The notes: generated from the sequence alone by a model not told the origin. A DNA stretch of 64,000 nt from Candidatus Collierbacteria bacterium GW2011_GWB2_45_17 (GCA_001001485.1 LCKO01000001.1:9381-73380); one strand, 5' to 3'; shown: positions 1 to 8,673, counted from the first letter of the stretch. Numbers and translations: made by a program.

Positions 1-51
1 GAAGCGCGTAAGGAGTATAGGTCAGGCAAAATAAAATCTTGGCCCATTAAA
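1..51 (+). CDS. 3' end of an upstream ORF, probably the antitoxin partner of the RelE/ParE toxin (partial, runs off the window start)
   Basis: Frame 1 reads ...EARKEYRSGKIKSWPIK and stops with a TGA overlapping the ATG of the next ORF (ATGA overlap), the classic TA arrangement. Confidence 0.3.
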
Positions 52-320
52 TGAAAATTTTAGGCACTACTGCCCGATTTGCTAAGAATTTTGCCAAATT
101 ATGTAAATCTCGCGAAAAGAGGTTCAAAATAATTACCGAGAAGAAGATCGAGCTCTTGCAAGTAGATCCAAATCACAATAGTTTGCGTCTTCACAAAATA
201 AATCTGAAAGGAGATCAAGCTTGGAGCATTAGTATCGATATGAAAATACGGGTATTGTTTGTCTACGAAAAAGACGGCATCGTCTTGGTCAATATCGGCA
301 CCCACGACGAAGTCTACTAA
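51..320 (+). CDS. RelE/ParE-family type II toxin
   Basis: 89 aa; conserved LRLHKI...GDQAWSISI...RVLF...VLVNIGTHDEVY pattern of ParE/RelE toxins; 4-nt overlap with upstream partial ORF. Confidence 0.55.
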   Translation: MKILGTTARFAKNFAKLCKSREKRFKIITEKKIELLQVDPNHNSLRLHKINLKGDQAWSISIDMKIRVLFVYEKDGIVLVNIGTHDEVY

Positions 321-325
321 CTTAC

Positions 326-964
326 TCAACAAAATCTATTTTCCTTTCCGCGACCCATTTGTCCTTCGACACCTCTTTCTACAAGGTCTTTGGTTAGATT
401 TTCTGGATTTGTATACAGGATTGTTTCAATCCCTAAATCCTTTGCTGGAATTAAATTATTTTCTAAGTCATCAATAAATATTGATTCTTCAGCTAAGGAG
501 TCGCTAATTTTCAACGCATACTTATAAATTTCTGGATCAGGTTTATTGATTCCTACTTTTGACGAAATAATTAAGTGGTCGAAACTCCCTGAAATATTAT
601 ATTTACTGTCTAAATATGGCCACCACTCGTTCGTTTGATCTGACAAAAGAACTAATTTATAACCCCTTGTTCTTAGTTGAGAGTACAGGTGTGCCACACC
701 CTCGTTTGGAGCAAAAAGATCTAATAATTTTATTCTCAATTCCTTCCAGTCGGTTTTAAGATCGATATTACCTAGAAATTTATTCCAAAAATCTTCTTCC
801 TGAATCTTTCCTGAAAAGTATTCTTTATAGTAAGACAAGAAAGCCGTTTTGCCTTTCTCCACTGGAATGCCTAGTTCTCTATCTAGATAATCCCAAAACA
901 ACCAAATTCCTCTATTTAGATAAACACCACCCAAATCAGATATTATTGTTTTATATTTTGACAT
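326..964 (-). CDS. HAD-superfamily hydrolase
   Basis: N-terminal IISDLGGVYL motif I, SSKVGINKPDPEIY motif III region, FIDD motif IV. Confidence 0.65.
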   Translation of the reverse strand: MSKYKTIISDLGGVYLNRGIWLFWDYLDRELGIPVEKGKTAFLSYYKEYFSGKIQEEDFWNKFLGNIDLKTDWKELRIKLLDLFAPNEGVAHLYSQLRTRGYKLVLLSDQTNEWWPYLDSKYNISGSFDHLIISSKVGINKPDPEIYKYALKISDSLAEESIFIDDLENNLIPAKDLGIETILYTNPENLTKDLVERGVEGQMGRGKENRFC

Positions 965-1044
965 TGTAGATATTATACTTTAGACAATAACTTACCAGAT
1001 ATAAATCTAGTTCAACTTAGTAAAAGCATATATACTAAATCCAG

Positions 1045-2118
1045 ATGGATAATTCTGCCCCAACTTCAGACGCTAATTCAATTGCTCGTCGAGATCTTGA
1101 TATCCTCAATCAGAAACTCGAAGGCGTCGAGATGCCTCCTGAATTGAAGGATAAAGCCCTAGATATGGTCGCTCGTCTGGAACGCATGTTTACCCAAGGG
1201 TTCTACTCCGAAGAGTTTGAAAAAGTCTCACATTACATTGACTGGATCATCAAAATTCCTTGGAATAAAAGAGTCGATCGAGCGATAGACTTAACGGCCA
1301 TCAAAACATCGATGGATAAAAGCCATCACGGCATGGAGTCGGTCAAAGAAAGAATTATCGAGTACATGGCCGTTCTCAAACTTCGTGCTACCAGAAATTT
1401 AGGTGCCGCTCGCGCCCCCATTATCTGTCTCGTCGGTCTCGTCGGTACCGGAAAAACTACTTTTGCTTACGCCCTCTCCGAAGCTCTCGGCCGCCCCATT
1501 GCCCGCATTCCCTTCGGCGGTCTTGGCTCAGCCCGCGACCTTCGCGGTGAGTCTCGTCTCCATATCGAAGCCGAACCGGGCTACGTCGCCCGCGCTCTCT
1601 GTACCGCCGGCGTCAAAAACCCCATTATTCTTCTCGATGAAATTGACCGTGTCACCGAAGAAGCCCGTATGGATATCATGGGTGTACTGGTGGAACTTCT
1701 GGATCCGAGCCAGAACGATCGTTTCCTAGATCACTTTATCGATTATCCGGTCGATCTTTCGGAAGTCATGTTTATCGCCACCGCCAACAACACCGGCAAT
1801 CTGGCCACCGCCGTCATGGATCGTCTCGAACCGATTCAAATGCCCTCCTACACCGACGAAGAAAAAACTCATATTGCCCAAAATTACCTTCTCCCCAAAG
1901 CTCTCTCAGCCGCCGGAATGGATCCGTCTACTATATCTATCGATCCGGCTCTTTGGCCCACTCTCATCCGCCCCCTAGGTTACGACGCCGGTATTCGAAC
2001 TCTGAATCGTACCATCGAGGGTGTAGTACGCAAAGTAGCCACCATGGTGGTCACCGGTCAAGCCAAAACCGTCCAAGTCACCCCCGAAAATGTGAAAGGC
2101 TTCCTCCCCAAATGGTAG
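1045..2118 (+). CDS. Lon-like AAA+ ATPase module only (no N-terminal LON domain, no C-terminal S16 protease domain); possibly truncated lon
   Basis: Collinear with Lon from the helical linker (YIDWIIKIPWNK, HHGMESVKERIIEYMAVLKL) through Walker A GLVGTGKTTF, Walker B ILLDEIDRV, sensor TANN and LGYDAGIRTLNR. The ORF stops at 2118 exactly where a hairpin-repeat cluster begins. Confidence 0.6.
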   Translation: MDNSAPTSDANSIARRDLDILNQKLEGVEMPPELKDKALDMVARLERMFTQGFYSEEFEKVSHYIDWIIKIPWNKRVDRAIDLTAIKTSMDKSHHGMESVKERIIEYMAVLKLRATRNLGAARAPIICLVGLVGTGKTTFAYALSEALGRPIARIPFGGLGSARDLRGESRLHIEAEPGYVARALCTAGVKNPIILLDEIDRVTEEARMDIMGVLVELLDPSQNDRFLDHFIDYPVDLSEVMFIATANNTGNLATAVMDRLEPIQMPSYTDEEKTHIAQNYLLPKALSAAGMDPSTISIDPALWPTLIRPLGYDAGIRTLNRTIEGVVRKVATMVVTGQAKTVQVTPENVKGFLPKW

Positions 2119-2124
2119 TCCATC

Positions 2125-2257
2125 GTCATTGCGAGGAGCAGGGCGACGTGGCTCTCCTGGATACCCCTTGCGGGTAAATCTCACTCCACCAACAAGTCAT
2201 GCCGGACCAGATCCGGCATCCAGGCATTTCTGGATTCTGAATCAAGTTCAGAATGAC
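2125..2257. repeat. Cluster of GTCAT-initiated hairpin repeats (MITE-like): GTCATTGCGAGG..., ...ATCTCACTCCAC, GTCATGCCGGACCAGATCCGGCATCCAG and a TTCTGAATCAAGTTCAGAA hairpin
   Basis: Inverted-repeat stems are seen directly; the same motif families recur at about 10 other loci in the window. Confidence 0.6.
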
Positions 2258-2258
2258 A

Positions 2259-3635
2259 TTATTTTCCGGTCAATAGTTTTTTCATTTCAAATTCCAGTGC
2301 CTCGGCTCGCTTTTTATTTTTTCCGAAAATAATATAAGAGAGATATCCATCATGGAGCAGATTAGAAGAACAAATCACTAGTCCCTCCTTCGATTTTCTG
2401 GAGAAAAGTATTGGTTTCATTAGTTTGTAAAGTTTTCCAAAAGTAAATTTCTTCTTCAAAGGGAGGGTGAACATGTTATTTGATAAAACAAAACTTTTTT
2501 TGGTAAAGTTTCTCCCCACCAGTTCTTTCCCGGCTTCATAAACATGTGTTCCGCCGGTGACTCTCACATTTGACTCACTCAAAAAAACCTCTCCACCCTT
2601 CTCGGCAATAAAATCCACATCAAAATATCCTCGGTAACCATCTTTACTAAATTGTTCACCAATCAAATACCCAATATCCGTAATTCTGGAAGCCACCCTT
2701 TTTGGCAGGACACCCTCACCTATCTCCACCCCACAAAAAATCCCTTTTTCGTCTACCCTCATGCCACAGTAATACAAAAACTCTACCTCACCATCTTGCC
2801 GGATAAAAAATTCGGCGTTTGGAAAGCCTCCACCGATTCTAGGGTTTGGAATCACAAGCGACTCCACGACAATAGGAAATTTTTCCCAATAAGAGTCTCG
2901 ACTGAGTATTTTGATAATTTTTTTCTCACATTGTGCAAAGTTTTTTGGTAAATCTCCTTTACGGAATATCAACACTCCCGCGCCGGAGTGGCCCTTGTTG
3001 GTTTTGATCACCACCCCACCTTCCTTAATGTATTTATTGGCCGCCATTCCGGCTGTATCAATGATTCCCGAACTCACCACTCCGTTCGGCATCTTCAGAT
3101 CGGCTCGGATCGCTCCGTTTATTTGAGTTAGCTGTCGTATCCCGGACTTACTACCATAAAAATTTACCGTCCAGGCATTTGACTCTTCCGGCGCTTCCGA
3201 GGTTCGGACTTCCACCCCATTTTTTCTAAGCGTCTCAACTAGTCTCAAAAAGTATGGCGTAGTTGAATAACCCGTCAAATTTAATCTTTGATACTCTTTA
3301 CCCAATTGAAGTAGTCTTTCCATCACCGTCTTATCGTTCAAGATGTCTTCACAGAGTCTTCCCGAGTGGTTTTTGGGGACCAGAATTTCTAGATCCCGCA
3401 CCATACACAGTTTCTTGTAATACTCGACAAAAAGAGGATCAATGGATCTGGGTGTAATAAAGGTAAACTCGAACTCCTCAGCCATCGAAAAAAGGTCTTT
3501 GTCTGTCAGGTTGGCGTTTTCTTTTATTTCCCAGGCCTGCAATTTTTTGTCTCCGTAAGCCTCAATAAACGGCCAAACGTCTTCCGACAGGTTAAAAATC
3601 CTCACCACTCGCTCTTTATTTTTTCTCTTCTCCAT
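2259..3635 (-). CDS. Hypothetical protein, possibly ATP-grasp fold (carboxylate-amine ligase-like)
   Basis: 458 aa ORF; KGHSGAGVLIF and glycine-rich segments are reminiscent of ATP-grasp enzymes; no firm family assignment. Confidence 0.35.
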   Translation of the reverse strand: MEKRKNKERVVRIFNLSEDVWPFIEAYGDKKLQAWEIKENANLTDKDLFSMAEEFEFTFITPRSIDPLFVEYYKKLCMVRDLEILVPKNHSGRLCEDILNDKTVMERLLQLGKEYQRLNLTGYSTTPYFLRLVETLRKNGVEVRTSEAPEESNAWTVNFYGSKSGIRQLTQINGAIRADLKMPNGVVSSGIIDTAGMAANKYIKEGGVVIKTNKGHSGAGVLIFRKGDLPKNFAQCEKKIIKILSRDSYWEKFPIVVESLVIPNPRIGGGFPNAEFFIRQDGEVEFLYYCGMRVDEKGIFCGVEIGEGVLPKRVASRITDIGYLIGEQFSKDGYRGYFDVDFIAEKGGEVFLSESNVRVTGGTHVYEAGKELVGRNFTKKSFVLSNNMFTLPLKKKFTFGKLYKLMKPILFSRKSKEGLVICSSNLLHDGYLSYIIFGKNKKRAEALEFEMKKLLTGK

Positions 3636-3752
3636 TTCCTATACAGTTTACATGCTATACTATCCCCAGTCCACGGAAACGCTGTTGAGAGTGAATTGTC
3701 TGAGTTCCCCCCAAAACTAACCGTAAACTAGGATTATTAGTATAATAAAATT

Positions 3753-5405
3753 ATGTCTCAACTTAAGTTGATTCCTCTCGGCGGTGTTGGTTCGGTCACC
3801 AAAAATATGTACGTTTACGAATACGGTGATGACCAGTTGGTCATCGACTGCGGTATGGGCTTCCCCAAAGACAATGCTCTTGGTGTGGATTCAGTCATTC
3901 CCGACATTAGTTACTTGGAAAAACCGGGCAAAAGACTGCTCGGTATCGTTCTGACTCACCCTCACATGGATCACATCGGAGGCCTGCCTTACATTCTCCC
4001 TCGTCTCAAAGAGGTTGAGGTCTTTGGTGGCAAGCTAGCCATTGCCATGGCCGAAATTCGGGTTCGTGAGTTTGGCATTCCCAATCGTATGACTCCAGTC
4101 GAGGGAACACTGGATCTGGGACCTTTTCACATTCAGTTTATTCACTCGACTCACTCGGTCCCGAACTGTTTCCATTTATTAATCAAGACTCCGGCCGGAA
4201 CTGTCTATCACGGCGCCGATTACAAGTTTGATCTCACCCCTATCGACAATCTCCCTCCGGATCTAGGAGCCATGGCCGCCGCCGGCAATAACGGTGTCGA
4301 CCTTATGCTTACCGACTGCTTGGGTATCGAAAAGTCCGGTTTTTGTCCTTCGGAGAGAACTTTGATGGGAGCCATCGATAACGAAATCAGAAATACTCAG
4401 GGAAAACTTATCTTCACCACCATGTCTTCATCGATCTCACGATTTCAAATTGCTATCGACTCTTCGGTCAAGTACCATCGTCGCATCGCCATCATTGGTC
4501 GATCCGTCGAACAGAACATTGAGGCCGCCGCCAAAACCGGTTTTATCAAAATCCCGAATGGTGTTTTGATCAAACCTGCCCAGATTGCCGATCTGCCAGC
4601 CAATCAAGTCACCATTCTTATCTCCGGCTCCCAAGGCCAGTCCGGTTCAGCCATGCATCGGCTGGCTAACAACGAACATCGGCTGGCTAACTTGAAAAAA
4701 GGCGACAAGGTTATCATCAGCTCCAACGCTATCCCTGGTACCGGCAACGACGCCGACATTTTTGACCTTATGGACACCTTGTACAAAAACAGTATCGATG
4801 TTGTTTACTCCGGTACTTCGGAAAATCTTCACGTCTCTGGTCATGGCTACCGAGGTGACATGGCTCTACTGGCTCGTTTAATCCGACCCAGGAACATTAT
4901 CCCCATCGGTGGCGATCTCCGTCATATGATGCTTTATAAAAATCTTGCCAAAGATTTGAACATGGATGCAGAAAAGGTTTTTGTACTTTCCGAGGGTCAG
5001 TCCATCATTCTCGAAGACCATGTCGTTAAAGAAGGTCCCAAGTTCGAAACAAAAAATATCTATGTTGATGGTCTGGGTATCGGTGACGTTGGCACCGTGG
5101 TTCTACGTGACCGTCAGGTCATGTCTGAAGATGGCATTCTTCTCACGATTGTCCCCATTAGGCGCGACAACTCCCAGGTGGGCGGTGATATCGAGATTAT
5201 TTCTCGAGGCTTCGTCTATCAAAAGGAGTCTCAAGATCTCATTCGCGATGCCCGCAAGCAGGTGCAAAACTGTCTGAAAGATATCAAGGGACCGGCCACC
5301 GACTGGGGCTTCCTCCGAAAGAAGATCGAAAGCCAGCTGGAAAAATTTGCCTTCGACCATACCCAGCGCCGCCCCCTCGTCATCGCCATTTTGATCGAGG
5401 TTTAG
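3753..5405 (+). CDS. rnj: Ribonuclease J (beta-CASP metallo-beta-lactamase RNase)
   Basis: HPHMDHIGG motif, beta-CASP region, 550 aa, typical RNase J architecture. Confidence 0.8.
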   Translation: MSQLKLIPLGGVGSVTKNMYVYEYGDDQLVIDCGMGFPKDNALGVDSVIPDISYLEKPGKRLLGIVLTHPHMDHIGGLPYILPRLKEVEVFGGKLAIAMAEIRVREFGIPNRMTPVEGTLDLGPFHIQFIHSTHSVPNCFHLLIKTPAGTVYHGADYKFDLTPIDNLPPDLGAMAAAGNNGVDLMLTDCLGIEKSGFCPSERTLMGAIDNEIRNTQGKLIFTTMSSSISRFQIAIDSSVKYHRRIAIIGRSVEQNIEAAAKTGFIKIPNGVLIKPAQIADLPANQVTILISGSQGQSGSAMHRLANNEHRLANLKKGDKVIISSNAIPGTGNDADIFDLMDTLYKNSIDVVYSGTSENLHVSGHGYRGDMALLARLIRPRNIIPIGGDLRHMMLYKNLAKDLNMDAEKVFVLSEGQSIILEDHVVKEGPKFETKNIYVDGLGIGDVGTVVLRDRQVMSEDGILLTIVPIRRDNSQVGGDIEIISRGFVYQKESQDLIRDARKQVQNCLKDIKGPATDWGFLRKKIESQLEKFAFDHTQRRPLVIAILIEV

Positions 5406-5408
5406 CCA

Positions 5409-5440
5409 CTTGACTTCGGGTAATTTTTGGTAGTAAACTT
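5409..5440 (+). promoter_or_regulatory. Promoter-like element CTTGACTTCGGGTAATTTTTGGTAGTAAACT (-35 TTGACT, then a -10-like TAGTAAACT) immediately after the rnj stop, upstream of the HigBA-like cassette
   Basis: Sigma70-like hexamers; a near-identical copy lies at 6634-6664. Confidence 0.4.
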
Positions 5441-5483
5441 GTTGCAGATGTCAATTGACATTATGATAAATTTATCATAAAAT

Positions 5484-5780
5484 ATGAAACTAGAGATCGA
5501 CAAAAGAGTTCTTAATTTTCTCAAAAAAATCCCCCTCAAGGACTCCACGAAGGCTCTTAGTTACATCGAACTCTTCGAAAAATATCAGTTTAATCTGGAC
5601 GCCAGATATTTAAAAAAAGTGTCTGGTCCAGTCTGGGAACTAAGGCCAGGCAGAATAAGGCTTTACTTATTAGTCAAGTCACCCAGACAAATTGTTATTT
5701 ACGCTATTATCAAAAAATCACAAAAAATTACCAAAGCAGATCTAAAAACAATTCAGTCAAGGCTGAGCGAATATCTATGA
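5484..5780 (+). CDS. HigB-like toxin (RelE superfamily, phage Gp49-like/DUF891)
   Basis: 98 aa; VWELRPGRIRLYLLV...IVIYAIIKKSQKITKADL matches the Gp49-like toxin pattern; toxin-first order with a 4-nt overlap to an XRE HTH gene. Confidence 0.65.
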   Translation: MKLEIDKRVLNFLKKIPLKDSTKALSYIELFEKYQFNLDARYLKKVSGPVWELRPGRIRLYLLVKSPRQIVIYAIIKKSQKITKADLKTIQSRLSEYL

Positions 5781-6067
5781 AAACCAACCCAAAAACTATA
5801 TCTGTTTCAGAACTCAAAAAGGAGCTTCTAAAAAATAAAAACTTTAAACTTGAATACGAGTCCAAACTTCCTGAGTCTCAAATTGCCTGTCAAGTAATTG
5901 AGGCAAGGCTTAAACAAAACATGTCCCAGGTTGAGCTTGCAAACAAAATTCATTCCGGTCAGGCAGTTATCTCCCGCTTGGAAAGCTTGAACTCCAAACC
6001 ATCCCTCTCGCTTCTGATCAAAATCGCCAAAGCTCTCGACACAAAAATAAACCTATCGATCGGATAA
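5777..6067 (+). CDS. HTH XRE-family antitoxin (HigA-like)
   Basis: MSQVELANKIHSGQAVISRLE helix-turn-helix; ATGA overlap with the upstream toxin. Confidence 0.65.
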   Translation: MKTNPKTISVSELKKELLKNKNFKLEYESKLPESQIACQVIEARLKQNMSQVELANKIHSGQAVISRLESLNSKPSLSLLIKIAKALDTKINLSIG

Positions 6068-6116
6068 TCACACCCAGCGCCACCTCCTCGTCATCGCGAT
6101 TTTAATCGAGGTCTAA
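6068..6116 (+). repeat. Degenerate copy of the rnj 3' end, about 85% identical to 5357-5405; in frame it still encodes HTQRHLLVIAILIEV*
   Basis: Direct comparison with the rnj terminus CATACCCAGCGCCGCCCCCTCGTCATCGCCATTTTGATCGAGGTTTAG. Confidence 0.6.
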
Positions 6117-6122
6117 ATATTC

Positions 6123-6194
6123 GTCATTCCGAGTTTCGTACCCGAACCGAAGCAATCTCACTCTCTGTCATTCCGGGCTTGACCCGGAATCCAG
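6123..6194. repeat. Two adjacent hairpin repeats: GTCATTCCGAG...GAAGCAATCTCACTC, then GTCATTCCGGGCTTGACCCGGAATCCAG
   Basis: Inverted repeats TTCCGGG/CCCGGAA; the same families occur elsewhere in the window. Confidence 0.6.
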
Positions 6195-6223
6195 AAAATT
6201 AATTATTTTGATAAAATTCACGC

Positions 6224-6625
6224 ATGGTTAAAAATATTTCTATTGCTCTGTTTCACGATAAAGAATCGATTGTAATGCAAGATAGAAAATCTAGGTCAAA
6301 ATATGGTGAGAGGTATGGTTTTTGGGGTGGCGGTGTTGAAATAGGAGAAACTCCCCTAGAATCAATTAAAAGGGAATTAATTGAAGAGCTTGACTACAAA
6401 CCTCCCAAACTAATCTACTGGCGAGACTATAATTTTATTGTTGGCAACGACGACATTATTCTTCATCTGTTTTTATCGCCAATCACTCCAGAGTTACTTA
6501 AATCTCAAGTTTCCGAAGGTGACGGAGTGGTCAACTTTAGTTTTCAAGAAATACTTGCAAGTGAAAAATTTGACAAAATAGATAAAGCTATTATTTCTCT
6601 TTTAATTTCACATCTAAAAACATAA
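6224..6625 (+). CDS. NUDIX hydrolase
   Basis: Nudix box GGGVEIGETPLESIKRELIEELD. Confidence 0.6.
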   Translation: MVKNISIALFHDKESIVMQDRKSRSKYGERYGFWGGGVEIGETPLESIKRELIEELDYKPPKLIYWRDYNFIVGNDDIILHLFLSPITPELLKSQVSEGDGVVNFSFQEILASEKFDKIDKAIISLLISHLKT

Positions 6626-6633
6626 AGTAATCT

Positions 6634-6664
6634 CTTGACTTCGGGTAATATTTGGTGTTAAATT
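6634..6664 (+). promoter_or_regulatory. Second copy of the promoter-like element CTTGACTTCGGGTAATATTTGGTGTTAAATT, upstream of the Bro-N gene
   Basis: Identical to the 5409-5440 element apart from three substitutions. Confidence 0.4.
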
Positions 6665-6670
6665 GTAATT

Positions 6671-7498
6671 ATGGATACTTTAAACAGAATTGCAATTTTT
6701 CGGGGAAAGAAAATTAGAAAAGTTATTTTCCTCAACGAATGGTGGTTTTCTGTAGTAGATATTTGCGGAGCTCTTATCGATAGTCCAGATCCTGGTGCCT
6801 ATTGGAGAAAACTTAAACAAAGACTTATTTCAGAAGGAAGCCAAGTCGTGACATTTTGTCACGGGTTGAAATTACCAGCTCCTGATGGAAAAATGCGCGA
6901 AACAGATTGTGCTAACACCGAAGGCATCTTCCGTATCATCCAGTCCATTCCTTCTCCCAAAGCGGAGCCATTTAAAATGTGGTTAGCTAAAGTTGGTTAC
7001 GAAAGGGTTCAAGAGATAGAAGACCCAGAACTAGCCACCAAACGCACCAGAGCTCTCTACAAGGCCAAAGGCTATCCAGATTCCTGGATCGAAAAACGAA
7101 TGCGGGGTATTGTCATCCGCGAAGAATTAACCGAGGAGTGGCAACAAAGGGGAGTAAGGCAAAAAAAAGATTACGAAATTCTAACTTCCGAAATCTCCAA
7201 AGCCACTTTCGGCGTCACTCCCAAAGAATACAAAAATCTAAAAGGCTTAGAGCGCGAAAATCTAAGAGATCATATGGACGACTTTGAACTCATTTTTACC
7301 ATGTTGGGGGAGCGTTCTACTACCGAAATCCACCGCAATGAAAATTCCCAAGGCGTTCCAAAACTAAAAAAAGATGCCAACAGGGGAGGCAGAGTCGCAG
7401 GCGTTGCCAGAAAAGAGCTCGAAAAAGAAATCGGCAGATCAGTAGTAACAAAAACTAACTTCCTCTCAAAACCTAAAAAGAGATTGAAAGCCAGCTAG
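6671..7498 (+). CDS. Bro-N domain protein (phage antirepressor / DinD-like family)
   Basis: N-terminal FRGKKIRKV...EWWFSVVDICGALID...TEGIFRIIQSIPSPKAEPFKMWLAKV is the Bro-N signature; the C-terminal region is conserved as in Bro-N/DinD-like proteins. Confidence 0.6.
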   Translation: MDTLNRIAIFRGKKIRKVIFLNEWWFSVVDICGALIDSPDPGAYWRKLKQRLISEGSQVVTFCHGLKLPAPDGKMRETDCANTEGIFRIIQSIPSPKAEPFKMWLAKVGYERVQEIEDPELATKRTRALYKAKGYPDSWIEKRMRGIVIREELTEEWQQRGVRQKKDYEILTSEISKATFGVTPKEYKNLKGLERENLRDHMDDFELIFTMLGERSTTEIHRNENSQGVPKLKKDANRGGRVAGVARKELEKEIGRSVVTKTNFLSKPKKRLKAS

Positions 7499-7564
7499 AA
7501 AAATTTGCCTTCGACCACACCCAGCGCCGCCCCCCCAGTCATCGGCATCTTCATCGAGGTCTAG
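7477..7564 (+). repeat. Second, longer copy of the rnj 3' end (about 88% identical to 5318-5405), frameshifted; its first codons supply the stop of the Bro-N gene
   Basis: AAAGCCAGCTAGAAAAATTTGCCTTCGACCACACCCAGCGCCGCC... compared with the rnj terminus. Confidence 0.6.
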
Positions 7565-7580
7565 TTAACTCCTCCATCGT

Positions 7581-7603
7581 CCTGCAAGGACAGTCCTTGC
7601 AGG
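7581..7603. repeat. Perfect 10-bp stem hairpin CCTGCAAGGA-CAG-TCCTTGCAGG, no T-tract
   Basis: Inverted repeat seen directly. Confidence 0.4.
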
Positions 7604-7630
7604 CAAGAAAGCGACAAGGACTAAATAAGT

Positions 7631-8056
7631 TTAGATATCGGAGTTTGATCTGTAGATTACCCCTGAAAAGTAGTTATCAAGAGCATCCTTTGACGCTACA
7701 AATAGATTGTCGGGTAATTTACTTTCTGGGAACCATGTAAGTTCCGAGTGTATCTCCGGCTCCATGTTCTTAGGGGTTCCCTCATAAGACTCGGCTAGGA
7801 ATACAAAAACAATGTAGTGATTTCCCATTTTCATATTTGGGGTTACAGATACCAACTCACTAATTCTTACATTTATTCCGAGCTCCTCTTTACATTCTCG
7901 TGTCACACACTGTTCAAATGTCTCACCAAATTCAATGTGACCACCGGGTAATTCCCATTCTCCAAATCCAAACTCTTTCTTCCTTTTAGATAATAGAATT
8001 TCCCCCTTATCGTTTTTGATAATTATTTGCGTTCCCAAACCAATGTGTTTTTCCAT
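7631..8056 (-). CDS. NUDIX hydrolase
   Basis: Nudix box GGHIEFGETFEQCVTRECKEELG. Confidence 0.65.
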   Translation of the reverse strand: MEKHIGLGTQIIIKNDKGEILLSKRKKEFGFGEWELPGGHIEFGETFEQCVTRECKEELGINVRISELVSVTPNMKMGNHYIVFVFLAESYEGTPKNMEPEIHSELTWFPESKLPDNLFVASKDALDNYFSGVIYRSNSDI

Positions 8057-8058
8057 TT

Positions 8059-8673
8059 TTATATAATTTTTTCTAATTCTACAATGTTTCTTACTACATA
8101 ATCAGGGTTCTTATTTCTGAGTTTTTGCTCCATATTCAGACCCCATGTGACTGCAACAGATTTAACTCCTAGCTCTTTTCCCGCCATAATTTCATTGTAA
8201 CTATCTCCAACTATATAAGTATTATCGAAGTCAAGACTGTTTTTGTTGATTAGTTCCCGAAGGGCATCTGACTTTTCGTGAACCTTAGTCACAACATCGT
8301 CAAAAACACTATCAAGGTTAAATCTCTTTAGCTCAGGAAAAAACGAATCTGGCAAGTCAGACGTAATTACGGCCACATAATCACCCCGATTCTTAATTTT
8401 TTTAATCAGTGCTACTATTCCGGGGAATGCTCCAGCTTCAGGGTAGCCTTTGTCTGACACACCTTCCCTATATGCAGACTGTATTTCTTCAATATCAAGT
8501 TTTGGAAGATATTTTTTAAAAAAGATCATATAAGGCTCTTCCCAGCTCACTTTTAGCTCCTCAGCAGAAAGTTCTCTAATCTCATATTTTCTGAAAATTC
8601 TATTTACTACCCAGTGATGGCTATTAAAAGCATCTTTGATAACTCCAGATCAGTCAAAAATAATATTTTTCAT
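8059..8673 (-). pseudogene. HAD-family hydrolase interrupted by an in-frame TGA at codon 8 (MKNIIFD*SGVIKD...); paralog of the 326-964 HAD
   Basis: The reading frame is continuous from the ATG at 8673 through the ORF-track ORF 8059-8550 except for one TGA at about 8650-8652. The N-terminus matches IISDLGGV of the paralog. TGA is used as a true stop elsewhere in the window (alaS, sortase, rplX). Confidence 0.45.

Noticed and set aside
1403-1729. Alternative-frame and antisense ORFs inside lon, rpoB, rpoC, fusA, tuf, FtsK, alaS and other genes (for example 1403-1729, 4437-4844, 21050-21415, 25016-25210, 26573-27487, 35314-35918, 37499-38248)
   Set aside because: They are fully embedded in strongly supported conserved genes, have biased low-complexity composition typical of off-frame translation, and show no independent start or SD context
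2259-3635. Firm annotation of 2259-3635 as a specific ATP-grasp ligase (for example RimK or a dikinase)
   Set aside because: Only weak glycine-rich motif resemblance could be seen by eye; kept as a low-confidence hypothetical
3636-3752. Possible structured leader or riboswitch upstream of rnj
   Set aside because: No recognizable riboswitch consensus and only weak hairpins; cannot be supported without covariance models
8650-8652. Possibility that TGA is recoded as an amino acid (genetic code 25, as in Gracilibacteria/Absconditabacteria)
   Set aside because: TGA terminates several well-supported genes exactly at expected ends and at ATGA overlaps (alaS 13915-13917, sortase 16803-16805, rplX, HigB 5778-5780, the radical SAM gene), and conserved genes show no internal TGA. 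The single in-frame TGA in the HAD gene is better explained as a point mutation
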